NCBI GenBank assembly: GCA_050084985.1
Contig: JBITNC010000001.1
Location: 140,368,001 to 140,432,000 of the forward strand
Length of the DNA: 64,000 bases
DNA from: Nageia nagi
Lineage: Eukaryota > Plantae > Pinophyta
Reading direction: 5' to 3'
Shown here: positions 52,101 through 64,000 of the stretch, piece by piece
Layout: each line of letters begins with the position of its first letter
Position numbering within the stretch: position 1 is the first letter of the stretch
The notes under the pieces: model-generated
Told to the model about the DNA's origin: nothing
Databases searched by the model: none
What the model saw: only the letters and a program-made list of their open reading frames with translations
Program-made: the position numbers and the translations under genes

Positions 52101-53636
52101 ATTTACTTGGAGTACTTGAGGTAAAAGTAGCATTAACTAAGCATAGGTCTCCTTTTTTTTTCATTAATACTTACAAGCTCTCTAGAAGCAAACGTATACT
52201 TTTTGGTAGGCATTTAATATTTTTGCTTGCTTACAAGTCATTTGTTCCTATTAAATGCACTTAGAAGTACTTATACTCCAACTTTAAGCATTGTCATGAT
52301 GACTATAATACTTTAAAGTAAGTAGATACATCATTTCTCTTCAATGCTATCCAATTTTTTAGAAAAATGTGGCAAATAAAGTTAATTCTTTAGGAGTATA
52401 TTTTTATTTGCCTTAAATACTTTTAAGTTTGGCAATTTACTTAGGTAAAATGATAAATATTAGTGTAAAATTAACACTTTAAGGGATTTTTTACCTAAGT
52501 ATTTTTCATGTTTCCTAAAAGGGAAACCTATGCTATTTTTTAAGTAAACAAGGGAAATTTTTTACTTAAAATATAAATGCATACTTAAAAGATAATTTTT
52601 TTTTGTATACAAGTTTTAGGGATAAAACTTTAAGTAAAAAAGGGGGGAATTTGTATCTTTTTTACTTAAAACTTTATCTAGATCTTGCATGCTAAATTTA
52701 TAATGCATGCCTCTAAACCTTGTGAGGAATAAAGCATGCTTAGTACTTAAAATTTTAAGTTAAATAATGCATTTTTAATAAGATAAATGATGCATGTTTA
52801 TTACTTAATTTTTAAGTTATGGAATAATGCATGTTTAAGTTATGGATTAATGCTAAGTAGGACTTAGCCTTTTTAAATTCATTAAAGTGTTGAATGAATT
52901 TATGAACTTAAGCAAGTATACAAAATGTAAAAATGTCCTTTAAGGGTTAGTACAAAACCCATTGGACTCTTAAGGTTTCAAGTTCTTGTGGATGATGTAT
53001 TTTTAATACTTTATATTTTTGCATAATTGCTTTATACTTGCAAAACGCAAAATATTGAAAGTAACCCCTAAAATAAACACATCCGCACGTACTTTTCCAC
53101 AACATGACTTGTTTGGGGAGCCATGAGGTGAGGACAGGGCAGACTGGAGCCTTTTTAGTTCGAAGAACCAAGTGGTGGTAAATCCGTCTTAATTACCACT
53201 GAGACCTCTGTTGGATTGGACATAACTCTATTAGGTGGACAGGCATGTGTGTAGTGATACCACATGTCCGCACATCCATTCAAGGATTATCCTGATAACC
53301 TAGGAGGAAAACTTGAAAACCTTAAATAAGATAATTAAAATGGTCGGTCCAAGATACGTCGGATCCTTGGAAAATAGTTGGTACTTCTCCTTGAGAGAGT
53401 ATATTACTGACCAAGGTGAACTGGTTGAGGACTGGTAGTACTTGGGCTCCACTCTATGGGCATCCAGGTGAAGGCCTAATTCTATACAAGAAAACAACCT
53501 CAACTTTATCCTTCTACAGATCTTAGTTTATAAGTTTGCACATGTGGGACATGTTTACTTATTAATGTTTGATTTGTATAGATGGTAAATTGTAAAAATT
53601 TATTCATTCTTCTTGCTTATTTACTTTTATGTAGCA

Positions 53637-56600
53637 ATGGTTGAAACCTTCATACCCAAGCATATACTCGACGGTTCTAACTTCGACATATGGGAACCTC
53701 GTATGAAAGTTGAGTTACAAGCAAGGAAGTTATGGCAAACAGTTAATGAAGAATTGGTCGCTCCTACAGATGAGAAGGCTCTTGAAATCTACAACTCAAA
53801 GAATGAGTTAGCAACTTTAATGATTTATCGTGCAGTTTCAGATGACATACTTCTTATCATCTCTTCTTCAACATCAGCAAAGGAAGCTAGGGATAGGCTG
53901 AAGAAAATTTACCTTGGGTCAAAATTTTCAAGGAGGTTCACTATTTTACAAAAGTTGTTGCAATATCATCAAGGTGAACATGAAAGTGCTTCTATTTACT
54001 TGAATAAAATCATTGACCTCAGGACATAACTGGTTGGCTGTGGGTGCAACTGGATCAATGATGAGTTCATGGTCTTCATCATTCTTCAAAGCCTTTCTAC
54101 AAAGTTAAGTAACTTTGTCATGGTTATGGAAACTAGGCTCGATGATGAAGAAGATGTCATCTCTCTTGATAACCTTTCTAGACTACTTCTGAAGCATGAG
54201 GAAACTTTGAATAAGAAAATGTTAAACTTTTCTCCAAAGGACAATACCATTGCTCTAGGAGTAACCAAAACTCCTTTCAAAAAGAAGTTCAATCATTATA
54301 AATCCAAAGATAACAAATCCTCATCTACCTTCAGGAAGCATGAGAAAAAGGGCAACAATAATGGTAAATTCATGCAAAGGAATGACAAAGCTGGATCAAG
54401 CAATCCAACACCTAAGAAAAAGTTTGATGGAAATTGTAACTTTTGTGGCATCTTTGGGCATAAAGAGTATGATTATCGTAAAAAGAAATTTGCTCAAAAA
54501 GGCAAGGGAAATGCAAATGTGAAAAATTTCTATAATAAAAAGAAGAACAAACATGTTGCTACTGTTGCCTACTACTCAGTGACTCAAACTATTTCAAATG
54601 ATTGGATTGTTGATTAAGGATGCACTAATCACATGTGTTATAAAAAGGATAAGTTTGAAAACTTTCATAAGTACAAGAAGGATGCAGTTATGATAGGTGA
54701 TAATTCAGTCCTTGATGTTCAAGGAATAGGGAGTGTGAAGATTCATGGAAAGGTTCTTGATAATGTCTTTTATGTGCCTAAACTAAGGATGAATCTTATC
54801 TTCGTAATTCAGATTACAAGGAAATTTGAGTTTAACTCACTCTCCTGGTGAGTCAAGAAAGGACTTGCCACCTTGATGAAAGGATCAGTAAAGGATGACC
54901 TTTATATTGTGGATCAAGTTCCTTCAAAGATGTGTCTTGCTACAAATGTTTGTTCAAAGGGTAATCTTTGGCATCAATGATTAGGGCACCTTAACCACAA
55001 GAGTATTCAAGATATGAAAAATCAAGAACTTGTGGAAGGTTTACCTAATATTTCACCCATAATTGGTCTCTATGAAAGGTGCATTCTAGGAAAGATGAAT
55101 AGGCAAAAGTTTGAAAAAGATAAGGTAACTCAAGCTACTCATCCTCTTCAACTTGTGCATTCAGATTTGATGGGTCCATTTTAGACTAAGTCTCTAAGGG
55201 GAGCTTTTTATGTTCTGACCTTCATTGATGACTTCAGCAGGATGACATTTGGTTATCTACTTGAACACAAGGATCAAACTTTTGACAGGTTTAAAGACTT
55301 CAAAGCTCTTGTTGAAAATCAAATTAATTTTAAGATTAAGATGCTGAGATCTGATAATGGGGTGAGTATAATAGCAATGAGTTTAACGACTATTATGTTA
55401 AACATGGGATCAAGCAGCAATTCACAATCCCTTACACCCCTCAACAAAATGGAGTTGCTGAAAGGAAGAATCGAACCATTATGAAAATGGCAAGGTGCAT
55501 GTTGGGTAACCTTCCTAGTTTCTTATGGGGTGAAGCTGTTCACACTACTATTCACACCCTAAATAGGTGTCCTACTAAAGCAGTTGAAGATAAAACTTCG
55601 TACGAAGCATGGACAGGAAAGAAACCTAACATCTCACACTTTAGGGTCTTCGGTTGTGATGCATTTGCCTTCATTACCTCAGAGAAAAGAAAGAAGTTGG
55701 ATAAAAGATCAGAAAAATGCATCTTTATGGGGTATGATAATCAGCATAGAGGTTACAGGCTCTACTCCTCATCCCATAAAATAGTCTTTGTTTCTAGGGA
55801 TATCAAGTTCAATGAACTTCCTAAGGATACGACTTCTCATGCTGAGGTGTCTGATTCAGATGATTCTTTGCCTGCACCTAATTGGTTGGATGATCATGTA
55901 GGGAAGTCACCACAAGAGCAAAATTCTCTAGCTCAGAGAATTACAAGGAGTATGACCTTGAATAAATCTTTATTTGCCAAAATTGATAATACGAATGAGC
56001 CATCAACCTTCAAAGAAGCTTCCAAGCAAGAGTGTTGGATGGAAGCTATGAAAGTTGAGTATGAGGTGCTCATGAAAAATGAAACTTGGGATTTGATTCC
56101 TTATCCAAATGAGAAAAATATGATTGGAAATAAATGGATATATAAGGTCAAGTACAATTCTGATGGAGAAATTGAAAAATACAAAGCAAGGTTAGTGGCC
56201 AAAGGATTCGCTCAGAAATATGGTATTGATTATGAGGAAACCTTTGCTCCTGTGGCCAAGATGCCTACTGTTAGGATAATCCTTGCTCTTTCTGCAGCTC
56301 AAGGATGGAAAGTTTTTCAACTTGATGTCAAGAGTGCATTTCTCAATGGTGACTTGGATGTAGAAATCTACATGAATCAACCAGAAGGATTTATTCCAGA
56401 AGGTAAAGAGTCTTTTGTGTGCAAGCTAAAGAAGTCTTTGTATGGACTTAAGCAAGCACCTAGAGCATGGTACAAGAAAATTTCAAGATTCTTTGCAGAT
56501 ATTAGTTTTTCCAAGTGCTTCTCTGACTCAGATCTCTATGTACTCAATCAAGGAAAAGATGTGGTCTTAATTCTCCTTTATGTGGATGATCTTCTCATAA

Positions 56601-57541
56601 CTGGAAATAATATTGAAATCATCCAAGAGTGCATATCCAAACTAAAGGTAACATTTGAAATGACTGATCTAGGTCTATTGCATTACTATCTTAGGATGCA
56701 AGTATACCAACACAAAGATTGTACTTATCTTAGTCAATCTAAGTATATATTAGACATCTTGCAAAAGTTTGGAATGGAGTGTAGATATGCTACAATACCT
56801 GTTTCTCTTGGAATCATTGTATCTCTGAGCTTAGATTCTCAGTTGGCTGATGCTACAGCTTATAGGCAATTGATCAGTAGTCTTCTGTATCTGATTATCT
56901 CTCAACCTGATATTGCCTTTGCAATGAATCTGATGGCACAATTCATGCAAAAACCATATGTTGAGCACCTCAATGCTGTTAAGCAAATCTTGAGGTATGT
57001 GGCAGGGACAAAGGATCTTGCTCTTAAGTATTCTAAAGTGCCCTCGATTGTTCTCTTCGGGTTCTCAGATTCTGATTATGGGGGAGATAGAGATGACAAA
57101 AAATCAACCTCTGCATATGTGTTCAGCATTGGTTCAGGTGCTATCTCTTGGGCTTCCAAGAAGCAACCTATTGTGACTCTTTCTACCACCGAAGCTGAAT
57201 ATCGAGCCATATCTGTTACTGCCCAAGAAGCTATTTGGCTGAGGCATCTTCTGAATGAAATTAGGTATGAGCAAAATGGCCCATCTCTTATTTCTTCATA
57301 TAATCAATCGACTATCTCTTTGGCTAAGAATCCTGTGTTCCATTAGAGAACCAAACATGTGGAAATCCAAGCCCATTTTATCAAGGAGAAGGTTCTAGAT
57401 GACATCATACACTTGGAGTATTATCCATCTATTGAAAACTTTGCTGATTTATTCACCAAGCCCCTTCCTGAAGCTCAGTTCAGTAAGCTTAGGGATTCTC
57501 TCAGGTTGGTGAAGTTGCCCTCAAGGGGGAGTGAAGTTTGA
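53637..57541 (+). pseudogene. gag-pol of element D, disrupted
   Basis: Gag zinc knuckle CNFCGIFGHKEYDY, WIVD*GCTNHM, integrase, RT YVDDLL and QLDVKSAFLNG, RNase H. Several in-frame stops and a frameshift near 55360. Confidence 0.95.
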
Positions 57542-57608
57542 ACTTTTGTTAGTGATGACAACTTCACCTCTAAGAGGCCCTTTTATTGTATATAGTGTTG
57601 ATTATGAT

Positions 57609-58012
57609 ATACCTCTGTGGTAAGTTTGCTCTGCATGAGAAACTTGTTGTACATTTTATACCTCCGTGGTAAGTTTGCTCTGCGTGAGAAACTTGTACAT
57701 TTTATACCTCCGTGGTAAGTTTGCTCTACGTGAGAAACTTATTGTACATTTTATACCTCCGTGGTAAGTTTGCTCTGCGTGAGAAACTTGTTGTATATTT
57801 TATATCTCCGTGGTAAGTTTGCTCTGCGTGAGAAACTTGTTGTACATTTTATACCTCTATGGTAAGTTTACTCTATGTGAGAAACTTGTTGTATAATTTT
57901 TGAGCATATAATTGATATACCTCCGTGGTAAGTTCGCTCTGTGTGAGGAACTTCTTGTACATTTTATACCTCCGTGGTAAGTTTGCTCTATGTGAGAAAC
58001 TTATTGTACAAT
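57609..58012 (+). repeat. Tandem array of 8 x ~49 bp in the 3' UTR of element D
   Basis: Unit ATACCTCCGTGGTAAGTTTGCTCTGCGTGAGAAACTTGTTGTACATTTT. Confidence 0.92.
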
Positions 58013-60439
58013 TTTTTATGCTCTATTAATAATCAACACATGTTTATATACAACAGGTGACTATGAGTGATGGCTTGGCATCTCCGTGATGACTTATAGT
58101 GCACCATTGATCAGTTATTTATAAGATGGCATTATTTGATTCTTTTATTTGAATATATGATGCATCTAACTGATTTTGTTCATGAGTTGCTTGTATCATG
58201 TAGGATCTTCTTCAGAAATGCAGGTTACTCACCTTATGTAAGCAAGCTCATGGAGACTCACATGTCAGCTTAAAGTTGATCGACTACTATGTACAGTGAA
58301 ACTAGTTGTGGTTAATGATTGTATTGTAAACCATTTTGTCAAATGGTAATGTAGTGAGTCTCAAACTAGTTCTCAAAAAGATTCTCAAATATGTAAATGT
58401 TCTCATCTCCACTTGTATCTCTATGGAGGAGAACTCTCTCTTACTCTCTCTCTTCTCTCTTCTACGCTGTATCCCAATATTACATTAAGGGGGAGTGTTA
58501 GAATTTGTAATGAAATATTGTGAATATCTAAACTCTTTGTAAATTCAATTAATCACTTAAAGGATATGTAGATACCTTAAGGGATTAATTGAATTCTTTA
58601 TTATGTAAACTTTGACCTTACCATGTGGTTAGTTGGTAGGTTAAAGTTAGGTAATACATTTATTGTAACCCTAACCTTACCCTTGGGTTAAAGGGAGGTT
58701 AGGGAGGTGCTCTCATGCTATAAATAGAGGGCCTCTCCTCTTGTAAAAGAACTAAGAGTTTGAGTAAGATTACTCTACTAGTTTGTATAGAAGAGAAAGG
58801 AATTGTTGTAAGAGGGTGCATAGTTTGAGAATTGAGATCTAGTTGTGGATGTACTCCCAAGGAGGAAGGAACCACATTATATTGGTGTTATCTTGTGTGA
58901 ATAGTGTTATTAGTTTATAGATGTTGAATGATTGAGTTTCCTATAGTCTTGGACCTTGAGGATTAGTGTAGTTCTAATTCCTTCAATAATATGGTAGGAA
59001 AGTTATTATTTTTGTCCATATTTTGTAAGCAAAATGCTATCCTCCAACCAAATTAACTTATACCCTAGGTGTATATCATCTTTGGATCACATACAAAATT
59101 AGTTGGAAACTATTAAAATGGGATCATATTGGCTTGAAATCCTTGAATCTGATTGACTTTGGTTATGATTCTACCAACTTGATATGTTTTGGCTTCTTTG
59201 AGGTATATATGCCAAGGTTTATTTGATATACTTCGTAATATGTAGTTTAATTTGGCTAGAGGATAGTTGCATCCAATTTGTATATGGTCACATTACTCTT
59301 TCTAAGCTTTAGATATGACACTTAGTTCTACCTAATTCTATCGAGACTTAGATCTTATTCGAGTGCATGTAGTTACAACTTCAATCATAAATTCTTCCAT
59401 GGAGTTATAATTCAACTCTTAATTCATCCAACTCTCTAATAATTTTTAAATTATAGCCATCAAAATACAATTTATATTTAATATAAAATCATAATTTACG
59501 TAACAAAAGATATATATTGTAAAAATGGTGTAAATATCAATAAAGGCATTATAAATAATGTAATTGATGTCAATATTAAGAAAAACACTGAAAGTTATGT
59601 AATTCATGTAGATCATAAGAAACACAAATGCCAAAGATGTTCAACTACAAAATAAGAATATGAGAAAAATATTCCATATTAGATGAGATCAAATTATAAT
59701 CCTCAAAGCATCTCAATAGATCAACTCATGATTAATCCACATTTTGAATAACAATGTTGTCTCTTGATACCACCTATGATTTGCTCTTTATCTTAATGCA
59801 ATTTTTCTTGCATTTATTTGCTTATATCTCAAGAAAACTAATGCACTCAAGGTAGGAGGATTGTAACTATGGCATACACATTGTACTTTTTCTACCTTTG
59901 TAGCTCCAAATCTTAGAGATAACTCACTTAAAAGTTGAAATTATTGAATTTAGCACAAAAGCATTTGATCCAATTCATAAGGTTCTTCGTGATGCCCTTG
60001 ACCTATCTCAATAAATACCATAATTTATATTTAGTAGTTCATTAATAATGAATTATCTAACTGTAATTCATTATTTAGCAATTACATTTTGGTGAACCCA
60101 AATAATTAAGAGATCTTATCTTCATGCACAAAATATTATGCATATCTACAAAAGAGTTTACAACTTCAATAGTGTTTAGTGTCTAAAAACACAATGCACA
60201 CATCGTTCAAATGGACCAAAATAGGAATCTTATCAATCAAGTTTTCAATAATCTAGAGTTCATGACTTAGTCTAAAGCACTCTTTAGCTATTCCCTAACC
60301 AACAACTAGGGAGAACAACAAGCCTCCATGAGTGTAAATCAAGCACCAATTTAATTCTAAATGACTAATCAAGAAAAAGAATTAAGGATTTCAAATTTAA
60401 ATATCATCCATAGAAGAAAAATGAATATTATGATGGTGT

Positions 60440-60860
60440 CTTCACCTCACCCTTGTTCAAATAGATTCTCAATTTTCCCCTACCACCTGATCTCAAGACC
60501 CCAAAGTTTGAGATGTTCAACGACGACACAACATCTCATTAGCTTTCAGGAAGATCACTTTCTCAAATTGGGAACTAAAGAAAAATTGATTGCCAAATTC
60601 TTTCCAAGGAGTCTAAGGGAGATGTCAACCAATGGTTTTATAATCTACTATACAAATCCGTTGATTCTTTAAAAGAGCTTGCCAAAGCTTTCATGAACCA
60701 ATACAAACATAACACCAAAGATAATATCAAGATCATAGCTCTATGCTCATTGTGTTAAGGACCAACCAAACCTATAAAAAAGTACATTCCTTATTTTAAA
60801 AAGATATGGAAATCCACTAAGAGTATATTAACCGAGGATGAAATTGTTGATATGTATTTT
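60440..60860 (+). pseudogene. Degenerate Ty3/gypsy gag fragment
   Basis: IAKFFPRSLR / DVNQWFYNLLYKSVDSLKELAKAFMNQY matches the Retrotrans_gag pattern FPxSLxxxAxxWFxxL...SxxELxxxF. Confidence 0.65.
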
Positions 60861-63118
60861 GGTATCACTTAAGGTTTTACTCTAAATGAACTAAAAGCAC
60901 AAACATTTATTGTATGATTTATCTAAGCTAATTAACCTAAATAAACATATATGAACAATAGAATATAATAATGTAGTAATAGAATAACGAAATTACATTG
61001 ATGTCAAGATGTAAAATGAAGTTACATACACAAAAAAGAAAGGAATTGAGTTTAAAAGATAAATACTTGTATGTCCTTACCTGTGTCGAGGTTGAGGATG
61101 TGATAGACAAACTTGTTGAAGAGTAGTGACCTTACTATGTGAACCCCAAGGCCAACTACAAATGAAACACTAGCATGGGCATGGATCTTTGAGAGCTTAG
61201 CATGAGCATAAACGTTTCTGAAGAATGAGGTTCGCTAATAAGGATCAATAATAGTAGAGATGATGATAAGCCAAACTGAACATATGATGGAAAAAGTAGA
61301 TAACAGATATTTGCTTGAGTCGTAACAAGATTCCAATCTCAATAAGAAGAATTTAGAAACACCTAAGTGTAGGGTATTGATCATTGAGATGTAATTTTGA
61401 CATGCTTTTCTCAAGTTAGATATACTTACATTATATCAAGTATGATTCACCATTTTATCCCTTGAATATTGTTTGAATTCATCCTAAAGTACCAAACATA
61501 AAACATAAGAATACAACTTGAGAAATATGTGATAATAAGGTAAATATAACTAAAATATAATCAAATATGATTAAATATGTGTGTAACATTGCACCTAAGG
61601 GGGATCATGTTAAGTGAACCACTTTTAGGTGTTAAAAGATATCTGCCTTTGTAAGTATAATGAAATTGAATCTTAAAATAACATTATGCTTACAAAGGAA
61701 CTAAAGGTAAAGAGAAGAAAAATTTGACACTTCCCTAGTTTAGTTTTTTGAATCATCAAGGATTTGTTGATGTATATTCCTCTTCTTTGCCTTGTTTGTG
61801 AAATGTAATGGTTTGCATGTGGTATAATAAACCAAGGGAAAAGAATGAAACCTAAAAAATGGGAGGCAAGTACTTCCAAGCACATATATGATTCTTAACT
61901 CATAAAAGATATATAAGCGATAATAAGAGAGAACATCATAACATTTCATTACAAATGATATAGCAATAATGGACTAAGAATGAAATTAATATAATATGCA
62001 TACATCATCTTAGGAACACTAAATACAAAAATATTCAATGTTTCATTCTTATACGCATACATAAGAAATCCTAATAAAGGTGTATCCACATCATCATGGG
62101 GTACATACCCCATTCTTAGATGGAACACATGCAATCAGAACCATATATGTTAACATCATCATGAGGTACATGCCCCATTCATAGATGCAACATATGAATC
62201 ATAGAGAATTACATGGTGGTCGTTACTTGAGACCTAATTGACAAAAATGACTCAAGAATGGAGGTTAGTTTGGACTTAACCAAGAAAGGTGACTCAAAGA
62301 CATGGTTGGTTTGATATATTATCCAACTATGTTATGTGATGTGATGCTCATCATCATGAGGTACATGCCCCATTATTAGATATGATTAAGGGATGATTGG
62401 TTTGAATATTTCCATGCATCGTTATAATAACAATGATAATGTGGCCATTGAACTAATGATTAGTTTAGTCCCAATCACTAAACTAACCTAAGAAAATGGT
62501 TGATTTAATCCCAACCAAATGATTAAAAATAGCAATGGTTATTCAATGTCCACTCAATAAGGACATAATGTGCTAAGCATGATAATGAAGCATAAAATGA
62601 TTAAATTACAATATTAAATGTAAATATAAGAGGGTAGAAAATGATACATGCACTTACCTATGACAAACAATGTGATTTGATATAAAAATGTTAGTACAAG
62701 TGCTAAGCCTCATGTTGATTTTTACCTTGCAACTTTTTTGAAGCTAAGATGTAATTGTACTAAGCATTTTGAATTGTGTGGTGTCTGATAACTATACAAG
62801 ATCGCTTAAGGCATCATCTACACGATTGATTGAAATAATATCGATGGTTTGAAAATAACAACTAATTGGTGGATCTCTAAAGGTGCCACATGGTTTATCT
62901 GACTCGGATAAGACTACTGGTCCCTTTTATTTTTGTTTAAACCTGAAATATGTTAAGAATTCCAACATGGGAATTGGGATGATTGATAAATTTTACATAA
63001 AATCCTAGCGTGGGTGCTAGCTCAATAAAATGGAAATGAATCTAGGATTCTGACACCTAACATTTGTACTAATGATTTACTAAATAATGACCTCTAAAAC
63101 CTATGTGATAAGCTTCCT

Positions 63119-63570
63119 TTATGCATACAAGGGCTTAAGATGCTTTGCATTTATTGAAAATTTATTAACTTACCCTTCAATTGTTGCCAACCTGTATGTG
63201 TTGTTTGGATATTTGGTTTTGATGCAAGGACCAATATAATTGGTCTCAACCTTGCCTTTGTCCTACTTAACCCGTGACTTGTGATGGTTCTCATTGAGTG
63301 CTAGATCACCCACTTGGAACTATCTTGGCATAATCTTCTTACTATATGCATTCTTGGCTGATTTATGATAAGTTCTAATATGTTATAAGGTATGAAATCT
63401 CTTTTCATCCAACCCTTCTAGTTGCCTTGGTCTTGGTTTTTGTAGCTCTTCCTAATCAATGATGCCTTACAGGGATACCCTTAATAATGGTATCTTTACC
63501 TCCAATGGTAGGACTTCCTCATCTCCGTATATCAATAAAATGGAGTATAACTTGTATTTGATCTAATGCT
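63119..63570 (-). pseudogene. Tat/Ogre-type gypsy pol C-terminus (end of integrase)
   Basis: QLEGLDEKR...AYSKKIMPR*FQVGDLALNEN...INAKHLKPLYA* on the minus strand. Confidence 0.7.
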
Positions 63571-63574
63571 TGTT

Positions 63575-64000
63575 TTGAGATATTTGAACTATAAAATAAA
63601 CAACTTTAAATTTCCAAGATCACATGAAAGCTCACAAATAACATCTAAATAACTCATAAAGCAATCTCACAAAGATAAGTCAATATGTAAAGTGGTTCCT
63701 CCAACTATGAGTACATCCAATAACTAGATCTCACTTCATTCATAAATATGAATCTCTTACAATTCTTCTAATCTCATCTCCTAAACACTATCTTATAGCA
63801 TAACTTTACTCTACACATTGGTGTATGATCCAAAGAGTTAGAATTCTATTTAAAAGCCAAAATCCCTCTTTGGATCACCTTTTTACCAAATGTACAAAAA
63901 GCATGGCATGCACATCCTTTTACCCAAGGGTCATGCTCATGACATGTAGTGTAGGACAAGTTACATTATCATATTCATTTAAATACATAAGGTATAAAAT
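63575..64000 (-). mobile_element. LTR of the element-C copia family, cut by the window edge
   Basis: CCAAGATCACATGAAAGCTCACAAATAACATCTAAATAACTC... matches 15854-16352. Left boundary approximate. Confidence 0.88.

Larger units (their letters stand above)
50147..58985 (+). mobile_element. Full-length young Ty1/copia LTR retrotransposon (element D)
   Basis: LTRs 50147-50631 and 58496-58985 (5 transitions plus one 5-bp indel by eye, ~1%), TSD ATAAT, PBS TGGTATCAGAGC 50634-50645, PPT ATTAAGGGGGAG 58484-58495. Confidence 0.97.

Overview
AT-rich plant nuclear DNA. The very long TE-filled introns and the TE families point to a gymnosperm-type genome (inference). The only host gene I can support is the 5' part of a RAD17 checkpoint clamp-loader gene on the minus strand: four phase-consistent coding exons at 42112-41918, 37951-37882, 14104-13998 and 13666-13619, continuing beyond the left edge, with a likely promoter near 48.6 kb. 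The rest is nested transposons: two full-length Ty1/copia elements of one family (15854-24412 minus, 50147-58985 plus), an older copia, solo LTRs, LINE remnants, a hAT remnant and Tat/Ogre gypsy remnants. The standout is a ~6-kb element present as two independent, diverged insertions (197-6324 and 28950-34952), each with TGTTG...AACA ends and its own 5-bp TSD. It has no gag, pol or transposase. It carries (i) eight interspaced 46-bp palindromes whose number and spacing are conserved while the spacers diverge, (ii) a TATA box exactly 202 bp after the start of the last palindrome in both copies, (iii) a ~1,070-codon ORF showing conservative substitution, and (iv) a second LTR-type TATA/R-U5 region. 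It looks like a giant protein-coding solo LTR with its own operator-like array. A truncated relative at 24644 carries a different palindrome. All alignments were done by eye; no searches were run.
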